From the NCBI GenBank assembly GCA_021821465.1, contig JAKACM010000012.1, positions 2,069 through 66,068 of the forward strand: DNA of 64,000 bases, in the 5' to 3' direction. Under the pieces are notes generated by a model. That model worked only from the letters and a program-made list of their open reading frames with translations. It searched no databases and was not told where the DNA came from. The position numbers and the translations under genes are program-made. This stretch comes from Bacillota bacterium. Its GTDB lineage: Bacteria > Bacillota > Sulfobacillia > Sulfobacillales > Sulfobacillaceae. Shown piece after piece: positions 41,901-52,645 of this stretch. Each line of letters starts with the position of its first letter. Position 1 is the stretch's first letter.

Positions 41901-42886
41901 TGCAGTTCCTCCCGGTAAAGGTTTTTGACGTAGAAATACGCAATAATGAGGGCCATCACCCCGATCATGAAGGCCACCGCGGAACCCATGCCAAAATTGC
42001 CGAACGAAAAGGCTTGTTGGTAGGCAGACACGGACAAGACCGGCAACCCATAGCCTTCCAAGGTAAAAATGATGGTGAAAGCCCGCAACAGTTGCATGGT
42101 CCGCAAGATTAGGACCACACTCAAAATGGGTCCGATCAGGGGCAATGTGATGCGGGTAAATTGCTTCCAAGCGGATGCGCCTTCAATGCGGGCGGCTTCA
42201 TAAAAGTCTGAGGGAATCATTTGCAATCCCGCCAGCACCAAAAATCCCACAATCGGCAGGGTTTTCCACTCATCTCCCACGATAATGGCATTGATGGCGA
42301 GATTCGAACCCAGAGCGGAAAAGAGATGGGACAACCAGGGAATCTGGACAAATAACGGACTGGGATTCAACCACACGATCGGGGTGGTGATCCAGTGCCA
42401 CCGCAAGAGGAGATCATTTAATGCCCCATAATTGTTGCCGTTAAAGATCATGCCCCAGAGGGTGGCGTTTACGACGGTGGGCACGGCCCACGGAATGAAA
42501 ATAATGGCGCGCACCAACCAGAAACCGGGGAAGGGCTGATTCAATAATATCGCGATGCCAATGCCCACGGTTACCTCTAAGGCCATGGAGACGATCCAAA
42601 AATATAGGGTTTCCCGGAGCGCGACCCAGAATGGCGGACTGCTCAGAAGACGCTCGTAGTTGCTGAATCCCACAAATCGTCCGCCCACGGATCCATGGCC
42701 GCCGATGACGGTCACCACGGTATTGGCTAAACTCATTTTAAAGGCCCACAGCATGGGAATGACAATGACACCCACTAAAATGATCAAGGCCGGAATCAAC
42801 AACAAGACAAACCAGAGATTTTCTCCCGAAACCCGGCGCACATAGCGTTGAGGCCACGATAAACGGGAGGTTTCCAATCGTGCCAT
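41897..42886 (-). CDS. Sugar ABC transporter permease (MalF-like)
   Basis: PWAVP, WKTLP, YEAARIEGA. Confidence 0.9.
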   Translation of the reverse strand: MARLETSRLSWPQRYVRRVSGENLWFVLLLIPALIILVGVIVIPMLWAFKMSLANTVVTVIGGHGSVGGRFVGFSNYERLLSSPPFWVALRETLYFWIVSMALEVTVGIGIAILLNQPFPGFWLVRAIIFIPWAVPTVVNATLWGMIFNGNNYGALNDLLLRWHWITTPIVWLNPSPLFVQIPWLSHLFSALGSNLAINAIIVGDEWKTLPIVGFLVLAGLQMIPSDFYEAARIEGASAWKQFTRITLPLIGPILSVVLILRTMQLLRAFTIIFTLEGYGLPVLSVSAYQQAFSFGNFGMGSAVAFMIGVMALIIAYFYVKNLYREELQ

Positions 42887-42908
42887 GACTTCATCCTCTC
42901 CCTACCCG

Positions 42909-42946
42909 GCAATGAGGGTTCGCCACAGAGCCCGAACCCTCATTGC
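42909..42946 (-). promoter_or_regulatory. Intercistronic stem-loop after the binding-protein gene
   Basis: Perfect 14-bp inverted repeat GCAATGAGGGTTCG/CGAACCCTCATTGC; typical mRNA-stabilising or partial-terminator position. Confidence 0.65.
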
Positions 42947-42959
42947 TTGTTACTGCCTG

Positions 42960-44267
42960 TTACTTCAATGCCTTAATTTGTTGCACCATGTCGTTGGCGG
43001 CTGTTTGCACGGGAAGGGTGCCGGCAATCGCTTCATGGACATATTGCTGAATAATGGCACTGACTTGCAGATAATTCGCCACTTTAGGCCGGTTGTACAC
43101 CCCTGCTAAGTTTTGCTCGTAGACCGCATACGCGGCGTTAAGTTTTTTCTCTTGGGACGAATTGGCCACGGCGGTCCAGACCGGCCATTGACTGTGCAGA
43201 TGTTGTGCCTGCACCTGGGGCGAGGTGGCAAACTGAATCCATTTCCAGGCCCAGGATTTCATGGATGAGGGGACGTTGGCCGGAATCGCCAAACCTTGAA
43301 ATCCGGAGACGGAGGCCGTTTGGGTGGTGGCATTCGTGCCGGGTTGAATCGGGAAGGTGCTGACCACCCCATCGCCCACAATTTTCGATTCCGAGGGAGT
43401 ATTCATGATCCCGGTGACAAAGGTCCAGTTGGTGTTAAAGGCGACTTGACCGGCGGCAAAGGCGTCGGCCGCAGTGGGTTCGTCGGCCGTCAGCGAATTG
43501 GGATTCACCAGGCCGTCTTTGTAGAGCATCCGCATAAATTGGAGGGCTTGCAAGGCACCCCCCGTGTTCATCACCGGCTGCCCCTGTTTGTTGAAGAGAT
43601 GGGCCCCGAATTCCCCGGCGGTGCGCACATAGTCACAAGTCAGCCCTTCGGCCTGGAGCCAGGAATCTTCGTAGGGATATTGCACCAGCCCTTTTTGTTT
43701 CAGTGCTTGCATCTGGGTTACCCACTGGGTCATGGTTTTCGGCGGGCTGTTAAATCCGGCTTCCTTTAAAAGTTTTTTATTAGAGTAAAAATTCTGGAAA
43801 TTAGCCAGAAAGGGCATCGCCATGATCTTCCCGTTGATGGTGAAGCCGTTCCAAATGGCGGCGGGGATTCCGTGGGGGTCGGACACATAACGCTGGATAT
43901 CGGTGTTCAAGGGGATTGTATAGCCTTTTTGGGCGAATTCGGCAGTCCAAATGAGATCGGATAAGACGACGTCATATTGGGCCGTGGGAGCGGCCGCGGC
44001 CGTGACAATGGCATTGTGCATTTGGGTGTATGGCAGAAAGGTAAAATGCACATGCACATGATTCGCGGCATACTTCTTGTCGAATTGGTTTCCCATCGTT
44101 TCGAGGACTTGGGTGGTATACCCCGCTTGATTCATATAAAGGACATTGAGAGTGACGCTCTTGGCGGGGGTTTGCGGTGTTTTGGTGCCGGCCGCAGAGG
44201 GACCACAGCCGGCTAAGAATACGGCCAGACTCGCCCCGGTGAGGGCAATGCTTTTTCTGTGATTCAT
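42960..44267 (-). CDS. Sugar ABC transporter substrate-binding lipoprotein
   Basis: Lipobox LAGC; DLIWTAEFA, EGLTCD, NWTF. Confidence 0.9.
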   Translation of the reverse strand: MNHRKSIALTGASLAVFLAGCGPSAAGTKTPQTPAKSVTLNVLYMNQAGYTTQVLETMGNQFDKKYAANHVHVHFTFLPYTQMHNAIVTAAAAPTAQYDVVLSDLIWTAEFAQKGYTIPLNTDIQRYVSDPHGIPAAIWNGFTINGKIMAMPFLANFQNFYSNKKLLKEAGFNSPPKTMTQWVTQMQALKQKGLVQYPYEDSWLQAEGLTCDYVRTAGEFGAHLFNKQGQPVMNTGGALQALQFMRMLYKDGLVNPNSLTADEPTAADAFAAGQVAFNTNWTFVTGIMNTPSESKIVGDGVVSTFPIQPGTNATTQTASVSGFQGLAIPANVPSSMKSWAWKWIQFATSPQVQAQHLHSQWPVWTAVANSSQEKKLNAAYAVYEQNLAGVYNRPKVANYLQVSAIIQQYVHEAIAGTLPVQTAANDMVQQIKALK

Positions 44268-44302
44268 GATAGATTCGCTCCTTTTCGGTTCTATCCCATT
44301 CG

Positions 44303-45487
44303 TTAGAATAATTTTCGAGATGGGGGTGTAACACGTCCCCACTGCTGATAAGCCAAAGTATCCAGTGGACTGCCTGGATCCCGGTGCAACCGCCGGGAAA
44401 AAACCAGGTCGGCTAATCCGAGGAGGGGGGCATGATCACCCAGAGGAGACAAGATAAATTGGGTTTTGTGCATCAGATGGTTTAAGACCCGGGATCGGGT
44501 ATTGTGGACGATCATGGGCCAGAGGACCGGATAGCTTTGCAGCATCGCCCCTCCTAAGACCACGACTTGCGGACAGAGAATATTGACGATGCTTCCTAAG
44601 GCCATGCCCAGGTATTGCGCAACGTGATCTAACGCTGCGTCTTGGGTCATCCCCCCATCCTGGTACCGATTGAGCGCCCCGAGCGAAGCCACGGCTTCCA
44701 AACAGCCGACATGACCGCATCCGCAGGAATAGTCCGGTCCTTCGGACGTCACAAACATATGCCCGATTTCTCCCACGGAGTTATCCTGTCCGCGGACCAG
44801 TTGGTGATTAATGACGAGCCCGGCGCCAATACCAACATCACAGAGGACATATACCATGTCTTGGATGTCACGTCCGGCCCCAAACCACAGTTCTCCCCAG
44901 GCCGCCGCATCCGCGTCATTTTCCACGATAATATCTGGGACATCTAGGCTACGCCGGAACAATTCCCCGATTTTCATGCCATCCCACTGCGGAAGATTCG
45001 GCGAAAAGACCACGGTTTCGCTGTCCGGATCCCAGATGCCGGGAATCGAAATCCCGACTCCTGCCCATTTGTGGGGGTCAATTGCGGCTTGCTCTATCAC
45101 CTCCTGAATCGTCTCGCTAATTACGGCAATCCCTTGAGACACCGCGGTCATGAAATGCTCGATTTCTCTTTGGACAACAATGTGCCCGCTGAAGTCCACC
45201 ACCGCGACATCGACCGTGGTTAACCCCACAACGACCGTGACAGCGTAAGCAGCGGTGTTATCAACACTTAGCCCCATGCGGGGACGTCCGCCTATGGCCG
45301 ATCGATGGGCGGTTGTTTCCCCAATCCATCCGGAATCAATGAGAGTGCGGATCTGATGGGTGAGGGTGGCTGGGGTGATCGGGAGCATGGTCGAGAGTTC
45401 GGCACGTGATAGTTGGGGGTAATTCCGCAAAAGTTTGATAATATAATCGGCGTCCATTCTAGTACCCGAATTTTGAGGCCATTGCAT
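44303..45487 (-). CDS. ROK-family transcriptional repressor
   Basis: SRAELS wHTH, GGRPR, ENDADAAA.GE, GEIGH, CGCGHVGCLE. Confidence 0.93.
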   Translation of the reverse strand: MQWPQNSGTRMDADYIIKLLRNYPQLSRAELSTMLPITPATLTHQIRTLIDSGWIGETTAHRSAIGGRPRMGLSVDNTAAYAVTVVVGLTTVDVAVVDFSGHIVVQREIEHFMTAVSQGIAVISETIQEVIEQAAIDPHKWAGVGISIPGIWDPDSETVVFSPNLPQWDGMKIGELFRRSLDVPDIIVENDADAAAWGELWFGAGRDIQDMVYVLCDVGIGAGLVINHQLVRGQDNSVGEIGHMFVTSEGPDYSCGCGHVGCLEAVASLGALNRYQDGGMTQDAALDHVAQYLGMALGSIVNILCPQVVVLGGAMLQSYPVLWPMIVHNTRSRVLNHLMHKTQFILSPLGDHAPLLGLADLVFSRRLHRDPGSPLDTLAYQQWGRVTPPSRKLF

Positions 45488-45991
45488 AAAACTACCTCCA
45501 ACAATAAGCAGATAGGGTTATATGTCGTAATATTGAGCCTATATTAAGTATTAAATTATCAAGCAGACTTATTATACATCCCAATTTTTGCAATTACTTA
45601 AAGTGTAATTAAAAATAAGTCAGAGAATAACTCTTTGATAATCCCATGAGAGGTTTGATCGCCCATGCCGAGTTAGCCGCTCTACTTTCTACCGCTGTAT
45701 TTGCTGAACCTGAATGATACAAAGCACTTACGACAGTGGATTCGACGAAGAGGTCTTACTTTCTAAACTTAGGCGCCATAGAGGCCGGCCATTGAGCAAT
45801 TTCGAGAATATCTGAGTGTGGAAGATGAAAGATGATCAGGATATGTGAATGATCGTTAGTCGAAGGCATTTTCAGGTTGATGACCTTTTACGTACCATCT
45901 TTCCCAGACTACGGGTTTTTGCGGCCGTGTTTTGGTAAATTTCAAGGGAGTCACGATCAATATGTGACCTTGTCGTGTTTAACAAGAGGCC

Positions 45992-46903
45992 TTAAAGCAA
46001 TGAACGGAGGAAATTCGGAAGTTTTTCCAAAATCGAGACGATGGTTTCTTTTGAATAGTGCTCTTCATCTTGCACGGCATTGGCAATAAATTCGACCATC
46101 GTCCATATCTTTGCCAATCGGATCTGAAAGGCGAGATCAGTTGATGATGGCAAGATGTCGTGTTTACCTTCGAAACCTTTATAGTGCTTCGCAATGTTCG
46201 TTTCCCATGAAAGATCTTTTGTGTCCAATGTCGGCATCGTGATGGCGAGATCGATGGCGGGGTTTCCCCGGCAAAATCTTTCCCAATCCAGCAATACTAG
46301 TTCGCCATGAGTGCGAATACGCCAATTTGTCGGGTTGGGATCACCGGATAGCCACGAGTCCGGTTTGAAAAGAACTTGAGAGTGTTCCTGAACATTGAAC
46401 AATAGATTCTTCACTTCGGCCATTTGGGCCGTTCCGGCATACCATGAACAAGCCCGGTGGGTAAGGTTCTCGTCCCATTTGGGCCGATACCAAATGTCTT
46501 CGTCATTGAAAGATCGTGACTGAGACGGATCTCGTGTATAGGAATGAAGATTGTACAAGACTTGGATTTGAATAGGATTGTTTCGCCACTGGTCTTGAGG
46601 GAATACATTGGGTATGTCCTCCAGTGCGATCCAATTTTTTTGGCACGTATCAGTCCCTGACCAATATAGTTCCGCAAGGGGAACTCCATGCTTACGAAGA
46701 GTGTTGGCATAGCGTTCGTAAAAGAGGCGTTCTCTGGGACGGAACGAAGACTTAACGACAGCCGAACCCTGAAGAAACTGTAGCTTGCACGTCGATGAAG
46801 CCGCACTGACGACACCTTTTAGGGCCTCTAGACCAACGAACTGACCAAACTTGGATTCCAAATGATTAACCATGTCATGGGGGAATCCCTTAAGAGCCGT
46901 CAT
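45992..46903 (-). CDS. APH/choline-kinase-like phosphotransferase
   Basis: SGDPNPTNW, LLDWE, AIDLA motifs. Confidence 0.85.
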   Translation of the reverse strand: MTALKGFPHDMVNHLESKFGQFVGLEALKGVVSAASSTCKLQFLQGSAVVKSSFRPRERLFYERYANTLRKHGVPLAELYWSGTDTCQKNWIALEDIPNVFPQDQWRNNPIQIQVLYNLHSYTRDPSQSRSFNDEDIWYRPKWDENLTHRACSWYAGTAQMAEVKNLLFNVQEHSQVLFKPDSWLSGDPNPTNWRIRTHGELVLLDWERFCRGNPAIDLAITMPTLDTKDLSWETNIAKHYKGFEGKHDILPSSTDLAFQIRLAKIWTMVEFIANAVQDEEHYSKETIVSILEKLPNFLRSLL

Positions 46904-47188
46904 TCAATACCTCCGCATAAGTTGCCGTTGTTCACAAGAGCTCAGGGTTGCCCACGTTAAATGAGACAACAACATTTTCCACTCATAAGCTAAGTACCCG
47001 GATTGCCGAAAAGATTCCACAATTTAACTAGACCTCACAGACAATTTGATATCAAGTGACGTCGGCTTGTACAATTGGATAACTGAGCCCATTACAATAC
47101 GCTTTACGATTCTGGGTGTTCACCACTGGTGTGAAAGACGGATCGTATAGCCGACCGGTGCCCATAATTCGAACGAAACTAAGCGATA

Positions 47189-47725
47189 TTATTGCCGTTT
47201 CCGTTCCGTTGGCAATAGTGGTATGCCAGCGACATCAGCCAAAGTATTTGCGTACTGAATCATCGTACGGCGAACTTCGTCCAATGTCTTTCTTAGTTCG
47301 TTGCTGTACTCCCATTGACACTCGTGTTCAAAAGGCGAAATTCCATCTTGTTTCCTGCTCTCGTAGTCCAGTAAGAGAGGATGCCATTTAGCCAGAACTG
47401 GGCGTAATGCTTGGTTGAGTACAGCGACCGCCAAAAAACCAAATGAAAGTTTCTCGTCGCCGTTCCCTTTGGGGATCGCGATCTCGGGTCCGTATTTTCG
47501 GAGGATCTGTCTGGTTGTGTCGAAAAGAGAATACAATGAATTCAAAGCCTCTCTGAGCAGTCCTTCATCCGGTTTCAATTCTACTACTGTAATCCTCGTT
47601 ACCAATTCGACATACATTTCCCATGCTGCAAGTTTTTCTTTTCGGTCCGGCATCCAAGTTCCCTCTACGCCTCCGATTCCAAACGGAAGATTTAGGTGAA
47701 TGTTAAACTCTTTTAGATCCGGCAA
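47189..47725 (-). CDS. Hypothetical helical protein
   Basis: GAGGAGG RBS with TTG start; 178 aa; AAWEMYVELVTRI...GLLREALNSLYSLF...LRP.LAKWHP. Confidence 0.75.
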   Translation of the reverse strand: MPDLKEFNIHLNLPFGIGGVEGTWMPDRKEKLAAWEMYVELVTRITVVELKPDEGLLREALNSLYSLFDTTRQILRKYGPEIAIPKGNGDEKLSFGFLAVAVLNQALRPVLAKWHPLLLDYESRKQDGISPFEHECQWEYSNELRKTLDEVRRTMIQYANTLADVAGIPLLPTERKRQ

Positions 47726-47944
47726 GTTTGTTTCCTCCTCAGTTTCTTTCTTTTATCCTCATTGACTCCGTTAATATTGATGCTTACTGCAATCATCTGA
47801 AGAATATAGAAAGCTCGCTCGTTTTCATTCGGCGTTCACCTATGCTCCATCGCTAATCTCAACGTCTCTTTAGGAAACCGCCAAGGGCAAATAGTCCACG
47901 CCGTCACTCTCATAACCATTATATATAGACTCTTCATTTCGTCT

Positions 47945-48240
47945 ATTTGGGCCGTTCCGGCATGCCATGAACAAGCCCGCTGCGTCAGGTCCTCGTCCCA
48001 TCTGGATCGATACTAAATGTCTTCGTCATTGAAAGATCGTGATGCAGAGCGATCCCGTGTATGGGAAGGAGGTTGTATAATACAAGACTTGGAGCTGAGT
48101 ATAGGAGTATTTCGCCACTGGTGTTAGGGAATATATTGGGACGTCTTCCAATGGGATTCCAAGAGATTAACCATGTCATAGGAAATCACTTTGCGGCCAT
48201 CATTCAATACCTCCGCATGAGTTGTCGTTGTCCACAAGAT
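47945..48240 (-). pseudogene. Degenerate, internally deleted copy of the phosphotransferase 5' region
   Basis: Matches ~46421-46625 joined directly to ~46853-46940. Confidence 0.85.
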
Positions 48241-48410
48241 TAGTGACGAAAAATGGCCTGCCGGCAAGAACGCGATTTGTGCTATCATCATGAGACGCTT
48301 GCTGGCAAATTATGATTACTCGACCGGCTTCAACTTTCAGGAGTTGTTATCATGCGTCTTCTAAAGCCCTCGGATTCTCCTTGACTTCTTGAACAGGAGT
48401 GGGTTCGCAA

Positions 48411-48650
48411 TTAGCGTTTTCGGGCGCGGAACTGAATTACGGCTAATAATGCGATCAGAACAGCCGTTCCGCTTCCCCAGATGCCACTCATCAATCCTTG
48501 CCAGAAAGCGGGCACCGTGGCTGTGGCAGAGGTGGTGGTCATAGTCGCGCCCAGCGCAATAAGCCCAATTAACCAACCGGATTGCCGTTGTAGAGATAAC
48601 CGGTTCCAGTGAGAAAACTGGGATTGTTTCCATTGCTTAAAACCTGTCAT
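48411..48650 (-). CDS. Small 2-TM membrane protein
   Basis: 79 aa, two hydrophobic segments, AAGGA upstream. Confidence 0.5.
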   Translation of the reverse strand: MTGFKQWKQSQFSHWNRLSLQRQSGWLIGLIALGATMTTTSATATVPAFWQGLMSGIWGSGTAVLIALLAVIQFRARKR

Positions 48651-48992
48651 CGTTCTGATCCTTCTCTCTTTGATGAATGATTACTTTTTCCAATATTCTT
48701 AACTCTATGATACAACACATCAACCGTGAGGACGGAAGTATGAGAATCCATTTCTTCTTATATTTTTGTCTCATCTTCGACATCAAATAGCTTTATGTCG
48801 TCGGCATGAAGGCTGTCTTCTCTTTTTCAAAAATATCTTCTTTGAGCTTTCTTTAAAGAAAGGGGGAGATCGTTGACCCCACACGATAATCCACCCGATT
48901 TGGTGTGGGGCTTGTACACAGCTTCTTGGATGGGATGGCAGTATAGTCCCAATCGGATCAAAGAAGCGGCACTGGCAAAAAGTTTCCGATCG

Positions 48993-50219
48993 TTACGGCA
49001 TTTCAATATTGCTCCGAGTGACAGGACGGGTCAGGAGACTTAAAACGAACGATATTATGCTGCTCAGCCCCAAAGTGATTAACCCCGCCGCTTTGAATCC
49101 CAATGGGATCAGTACGGAAAACATGGGACCACCCAAGAGAGCACCCACGTTAAAAATTAAATAGATCCAGCCGGTTACGCTACCGGCGATGGCATCATGG
49201 GTCGAATCTTGAGCCAATCCGATGCTTAGAACGACGAAGATTCCCCAACCGGCTCCGAACAAAAATGTGAGCACGAACAGAAGAAGGACATTATGGGCCA
49301 CCGAAAACATTCCGACACTGCCGATCACGATTAATAGGGATGCAAGAATCAGCCCTTGCTTCCGCCCGATTTTGTCAGCCAAATACCCTATGGGGAACGC
49401 GCAAATCAAGCCGCCCAGACCTCCCATGGAATAAATGCCCGCGGATACACCCGAATTGAGACGAAGGATGTTTAAGAGATAATCGGAATAGTAGCCGAGA
49501 AAACCGAATAACGTGATGCCAAATAAAAAAATGGCGAGGGATAAGATGATAACATTGCGATTAAACATTCCCGACAATTTTATGTTCTGTTTTTCCAGAA
49601 CCTTATATGTGCGCGGAATGAAAATTGCGAAAAGGATCAAAGAAATCAGTGCGGCAATTCCCGATAAAACAAAGGGAATCCGGTAGTGGGGAAGAAAAGG
49701 GCCGATTAAATAAGGACCGACAAAAAGACCGAGACCGAATAACACGGAAAAGAGGGACAAAGCCCGGCCCCGTGTCTCAAAAAAGATATCACCCAGCAAA
49801 GCCGCTGCCGCGGGTTGAAAGATGCCTACCCCTACCCCCACACCAAGCCGCATGACAAACAAAGCCCAAGGGGTCGTGACATACCCCGTTAGCACGGTGA
49901 ATCCGGCAAACAAGGCAATGGAGGCCATGACGGTATATTTAACGGGAGTGCGATCAAACAAATAGCCGCCAACCATGCTAAATATGGCAATGCCAAGCGC
50001 ATAACCTGTAGCTAAGGTGCTTAAGAGAGTGGACGTGCCATGTACATTGTGCACAATGTAGGGAGCGCCAAAGGTAAAAAGGTTGTTATCGAATCCTTCG
50101 AGAAAAGCGGGAATGGAGGCAATGACAAGGATCAAAATGAACTGCCGAGTGCTGTGGCGGGAAACCGACCGTACGGTTACGCTTTCGGCATTTTCCGTTC
50201 CGGGTTGTTGTTGCGGCAT
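48993..50219 (-). CDS. MFS transporter
   Basis: FLEGFD, GGYLFDR, GYLADKIGRK; 12 TMs. Confidence 0.9.
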   Translation of the reverse strand: MPQQQPGTENAESVTVRSVSRHSTRQFILILVIASIPAFLEGFDNNLFTFGAPYIVHNVHGTSTLLSTLATGYALGIAIFSMVGGYLFDRTPVKYTVMASIALFAGFTVLTGYVTTPWALFVMRLGVGVGVGIFQPAAAALLGDIFFETRGRALSLFSVLFGLGLFVGPYLIGPFLPHYRIPFVLSGIAALISLILFAIFIPRTYKVLEKQNIKLSGMFNRNVIILSLAIFLFGITLFGFLGYYSDYLLNILRLNSGVSAGIYSMGGLGGLICAFPIGYLADKIGRKQGLILASLLIVIGSVGMFSVAHNVLLLFVLTFLFGAGWGIFVVLSIGLAQDSTHDAIAGSVTGWIYLIFNVGALLGGPMFSVLIPLGFKAAGLITLGLSSIISFVLSLLTRPVTRSNIEMP

Positions 50220-51062
50220 TCATAAATCCCTCCTCGTAAAATATGGTGAACCGTGAGAGTTTGGAGATGACATGAGTTGAATAATCCTTTCCTGAAGTAC
50301 CCTTTTGGCAGCTTATGTAATGATTTCTTTGAGATTTCTTTTAAACAGGCGATGTCTTTTAAGAACCTCCTGAGGACATTAGCTTTATGCAGATCCGTGA
50401 TTCCCGGACTTACTTTCGATAACCAATCCAATACCAAGGGCCTGACCGGATAGGGTGCCATGTTGTAAAGAAAGGTCCGGTGAGGGAAAAGACCACCGGC
50501 TGGCACCGTTCCACAATTAAAAAGTACAGGGAATGGTGGCTTATGCTTTGTTCTTGTAATGTGTTATACCGATAATACGATGTGTCTTGGCTGTATGGAC
50601 CAGAATGATGACAGTATGGATCACTGACGATGAACTTGGCTATGGAATTTTTACAAAGTTTATGAAAAGATTCGGGACGTTCTTTGTCGGTTGAGCCAAA
50701 GAGGGAATGTTTCCAAGAGAACACCAGAGTTTTGGCCGTTATCCGGTTTCTCTAATGAGACAGAGATTGTTATTATTTGACCAGTGAACAAACTATTCCG
50801 CCGGACAAATGTGACAATGGAGTATCCTATTCTTTACACACGACGCGGAATGCCGTCATAATATTGGAAAACTCTAAATTGGAGAAATCCCTTACACAGT
50901 TTTTGAGAGTGGGATGAAAGATGCGATCTTGACCCGAGGCAGAGTCTTTGAGGCTGAAAGGTGTTCAACAAGGTTTAAGGTAATGCTCTGAGTGGCAAGG
51001 TGGTATCATCATCGCATGGGGTTAACCCTGCCAGCGGAATCTTAGTGAAGGTGGTATAAGGC

Positions 51063-51668
51063 ATGCGTATCGACAGATCATTGATGCCTTCCGTGATACC
51101 GGCACTGCGGGATACGGACAAATGGAATGTTCTCGGAGAAGGGCAAGGCAGATGGGCCTTTCTCTTGGGAGGTCGGGTGGATGCCGTGGCCGAGGCTGTG
51201 GCGTTGTTGCAAAGGCGGCACTGGCAAGTGTTCGTTCATATCGACATGGTTAAAGGGCTAACCTGGGATTTTGAAGCTCTGCGGTTTTTTCACGAATTTG
51301 CCGCCCCTGATGGAATTATTTCCACCCATGGCCATGCGGTGAACAATGCCGGAAAATTGGGGATGATGACGATCCAACGCATTTTCCTTATTGACAGCCA
51401 ATCGGTTGATTCGGGAATCACGCAGATCGAACGGCAGGGGGCGGATGCCGTAGAAGTATTACCAGGCATTTTGCCCAACCTTGTCCGGAAATTATTTTCC
51501 CGTCTTAAGCAACCTTTAATTGCGGGAGGTTTGATTACGTCAATCGGCCAGGTCCAGCAGGCGCTTCGTGCAGGGGCTGTCAGTGTGTCAACCAGCTGTC
51601 CTGATCTGTTCGAATGGGTCGATAAGAGTGCCGGGCCCTCCTCTCAGACAAGTTATTGGCCGAAGTAA
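51063..51668 (+). CDS. glpP: Glycerol-3-phosphate-responsive antiterminator GlpP family
   Basis: VHIDMVKGL, DGIIST, IQRIFLIDSQS, VEVLPG, IAGGLI, AGA.SVSTS. Confidence 0.9.
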   Translation: MRIDRSLMPSVIPALRDTDKWNVLGEGQGRWAFLLGGRVDAVAEAVALLQRRHWQVFVHIDMVKGLTWDFEALRFFHEFAAPDGIISTHGHAVNNAGKLGMMTIQRIFLIDSQSVDSGITQIERQGADAVEVLPGILPNLVRKLFSRLKQPLIAGGLITSIGQVQQALRAGAVSVSTSCPDLFEWVDKSAGPSSQTSYWPK

Positions 51669-51767
51669 CGAGTAATCTCCCGTACGATTTTCATCGGAGG
51701 ACAAGACAAGGGGTCGAACACTTGCGCAAGCCGTTGGTTCCCTGTCGAGCTCAAAGGGGCCGCTGTC

Positions 51768-52637
51768 ATGATTCGGATAAGCCATCTGACTAAGCGATTT
51801 GGCACTATGGATGCAGTCAAGGATCTTTCGCTGACGGTCCAAAGAGGAGAGGCCGTGGGAGTTATCGGTCCGAATGGCGCCGGCAAATCCACGACAATTC
51901 GATGTCTGTTAGGATTCATCCGGCCGAGTGATGGTCAACTTTCGGTGGGAGGATTTGACTGTTGGTCGGAAAGTGTTCCGATTCATCGTCAAGTCGGGTA
52001 TGTCCCGGGCGAGGTCATATTGCCGGATAATGTAACCGGACGACAATTTCTTCGAGATATGCAACTCTTGCGAAGGATCCGAAATGAAGGACGATTAAAT
52101 GAGTTGATCGGGCGATTTGCATTTTCTTTAGATCTGCCGATTCGTCAAATGTCGAAAGGCACGCGGCAAAAACTTGCCCTTATTGCCGCATTTTTTCATG
52201 ATCCTTCGGTCTTCATTTTGGATGAGCCGACTTCGGGATTGGATCCAGTCATGCAACATGTTGTTTTAGATTTACTGCGGGAAGAGCATGAACGGGGGAA
52301 GACCATCTTCATGTCTTCCCATATCTTCACTGAAATTGAGAGAACTTGCGACAAAGTCGCAATGATTAAGGCAGGACAATTAATCGCTTGGGACGATATC
52401 AACCGACTACGCAGCCAAAAGAACACGGTCTTTGAGATTACTTTAGAAACTGTGGATAAACTAGCATACGAGAGCACATTGGCCATCTTGGAAAGGCAGG
52501 GAACAACCGTGACGGTTGCGGTTCGAGGGGACTACCAGGCCTTATTTAAGGCTTTGGCCACCGTTTCGGTTTTGAATTTCCAGCAACGTACTCAGGATTT
52601 GGAAACCGTCTTTGAACATTTGTATTCCAAGGAGTAG
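51768..52637 (+). CDS. ABC transporter ATP-binding protein
   Basis: GPNGAGKS, MSKGTRQK, ILDEPTSGLDP. Confidence 0.95.
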   Translation: MIRISHLTKRFGTMDAVKDLSLTVQRGEAVGVIGPNGAGKSTTIRCLLGFIRPSDGQLSVGGFDCWSESVPIHRQVGYVPGEVILPDNVTGRQFLRDMQLLRRIRNEGRLNELIGRFAFSLDLPIRQMSKGTRQKLALIAAFFHDPSVFILDEPTSGLDPVMQHVVLDLLREEHERGKTIFMSSHIFTEIERTCDKVAMIKAGQLIAWDDINRLRSQKNTVFEITLETVDKLAYESTLAILERQGTTVTVAVRGDYQALFKALATVSVLNFQQRTQDLETVFEHLYSKE

Positions 52638-52645
52638 ACAAACCC

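Noticed and set aside
34526-44267. Sugar ABC operons lacking an ATPase gene
   Set aside because: Normal in Firmicutes, which share an MsmX/MsmK-type ATPase
50470-50505. GlpP RAT-like sequence (AAAGACCAC)
   Set aside because: Only a short match, far from glpP and without an obvious overlapping terminator
52451-52459. DnaA box TGTGGATAA
   Set aside because: Single copy inside a coding sequence; consistent with chance
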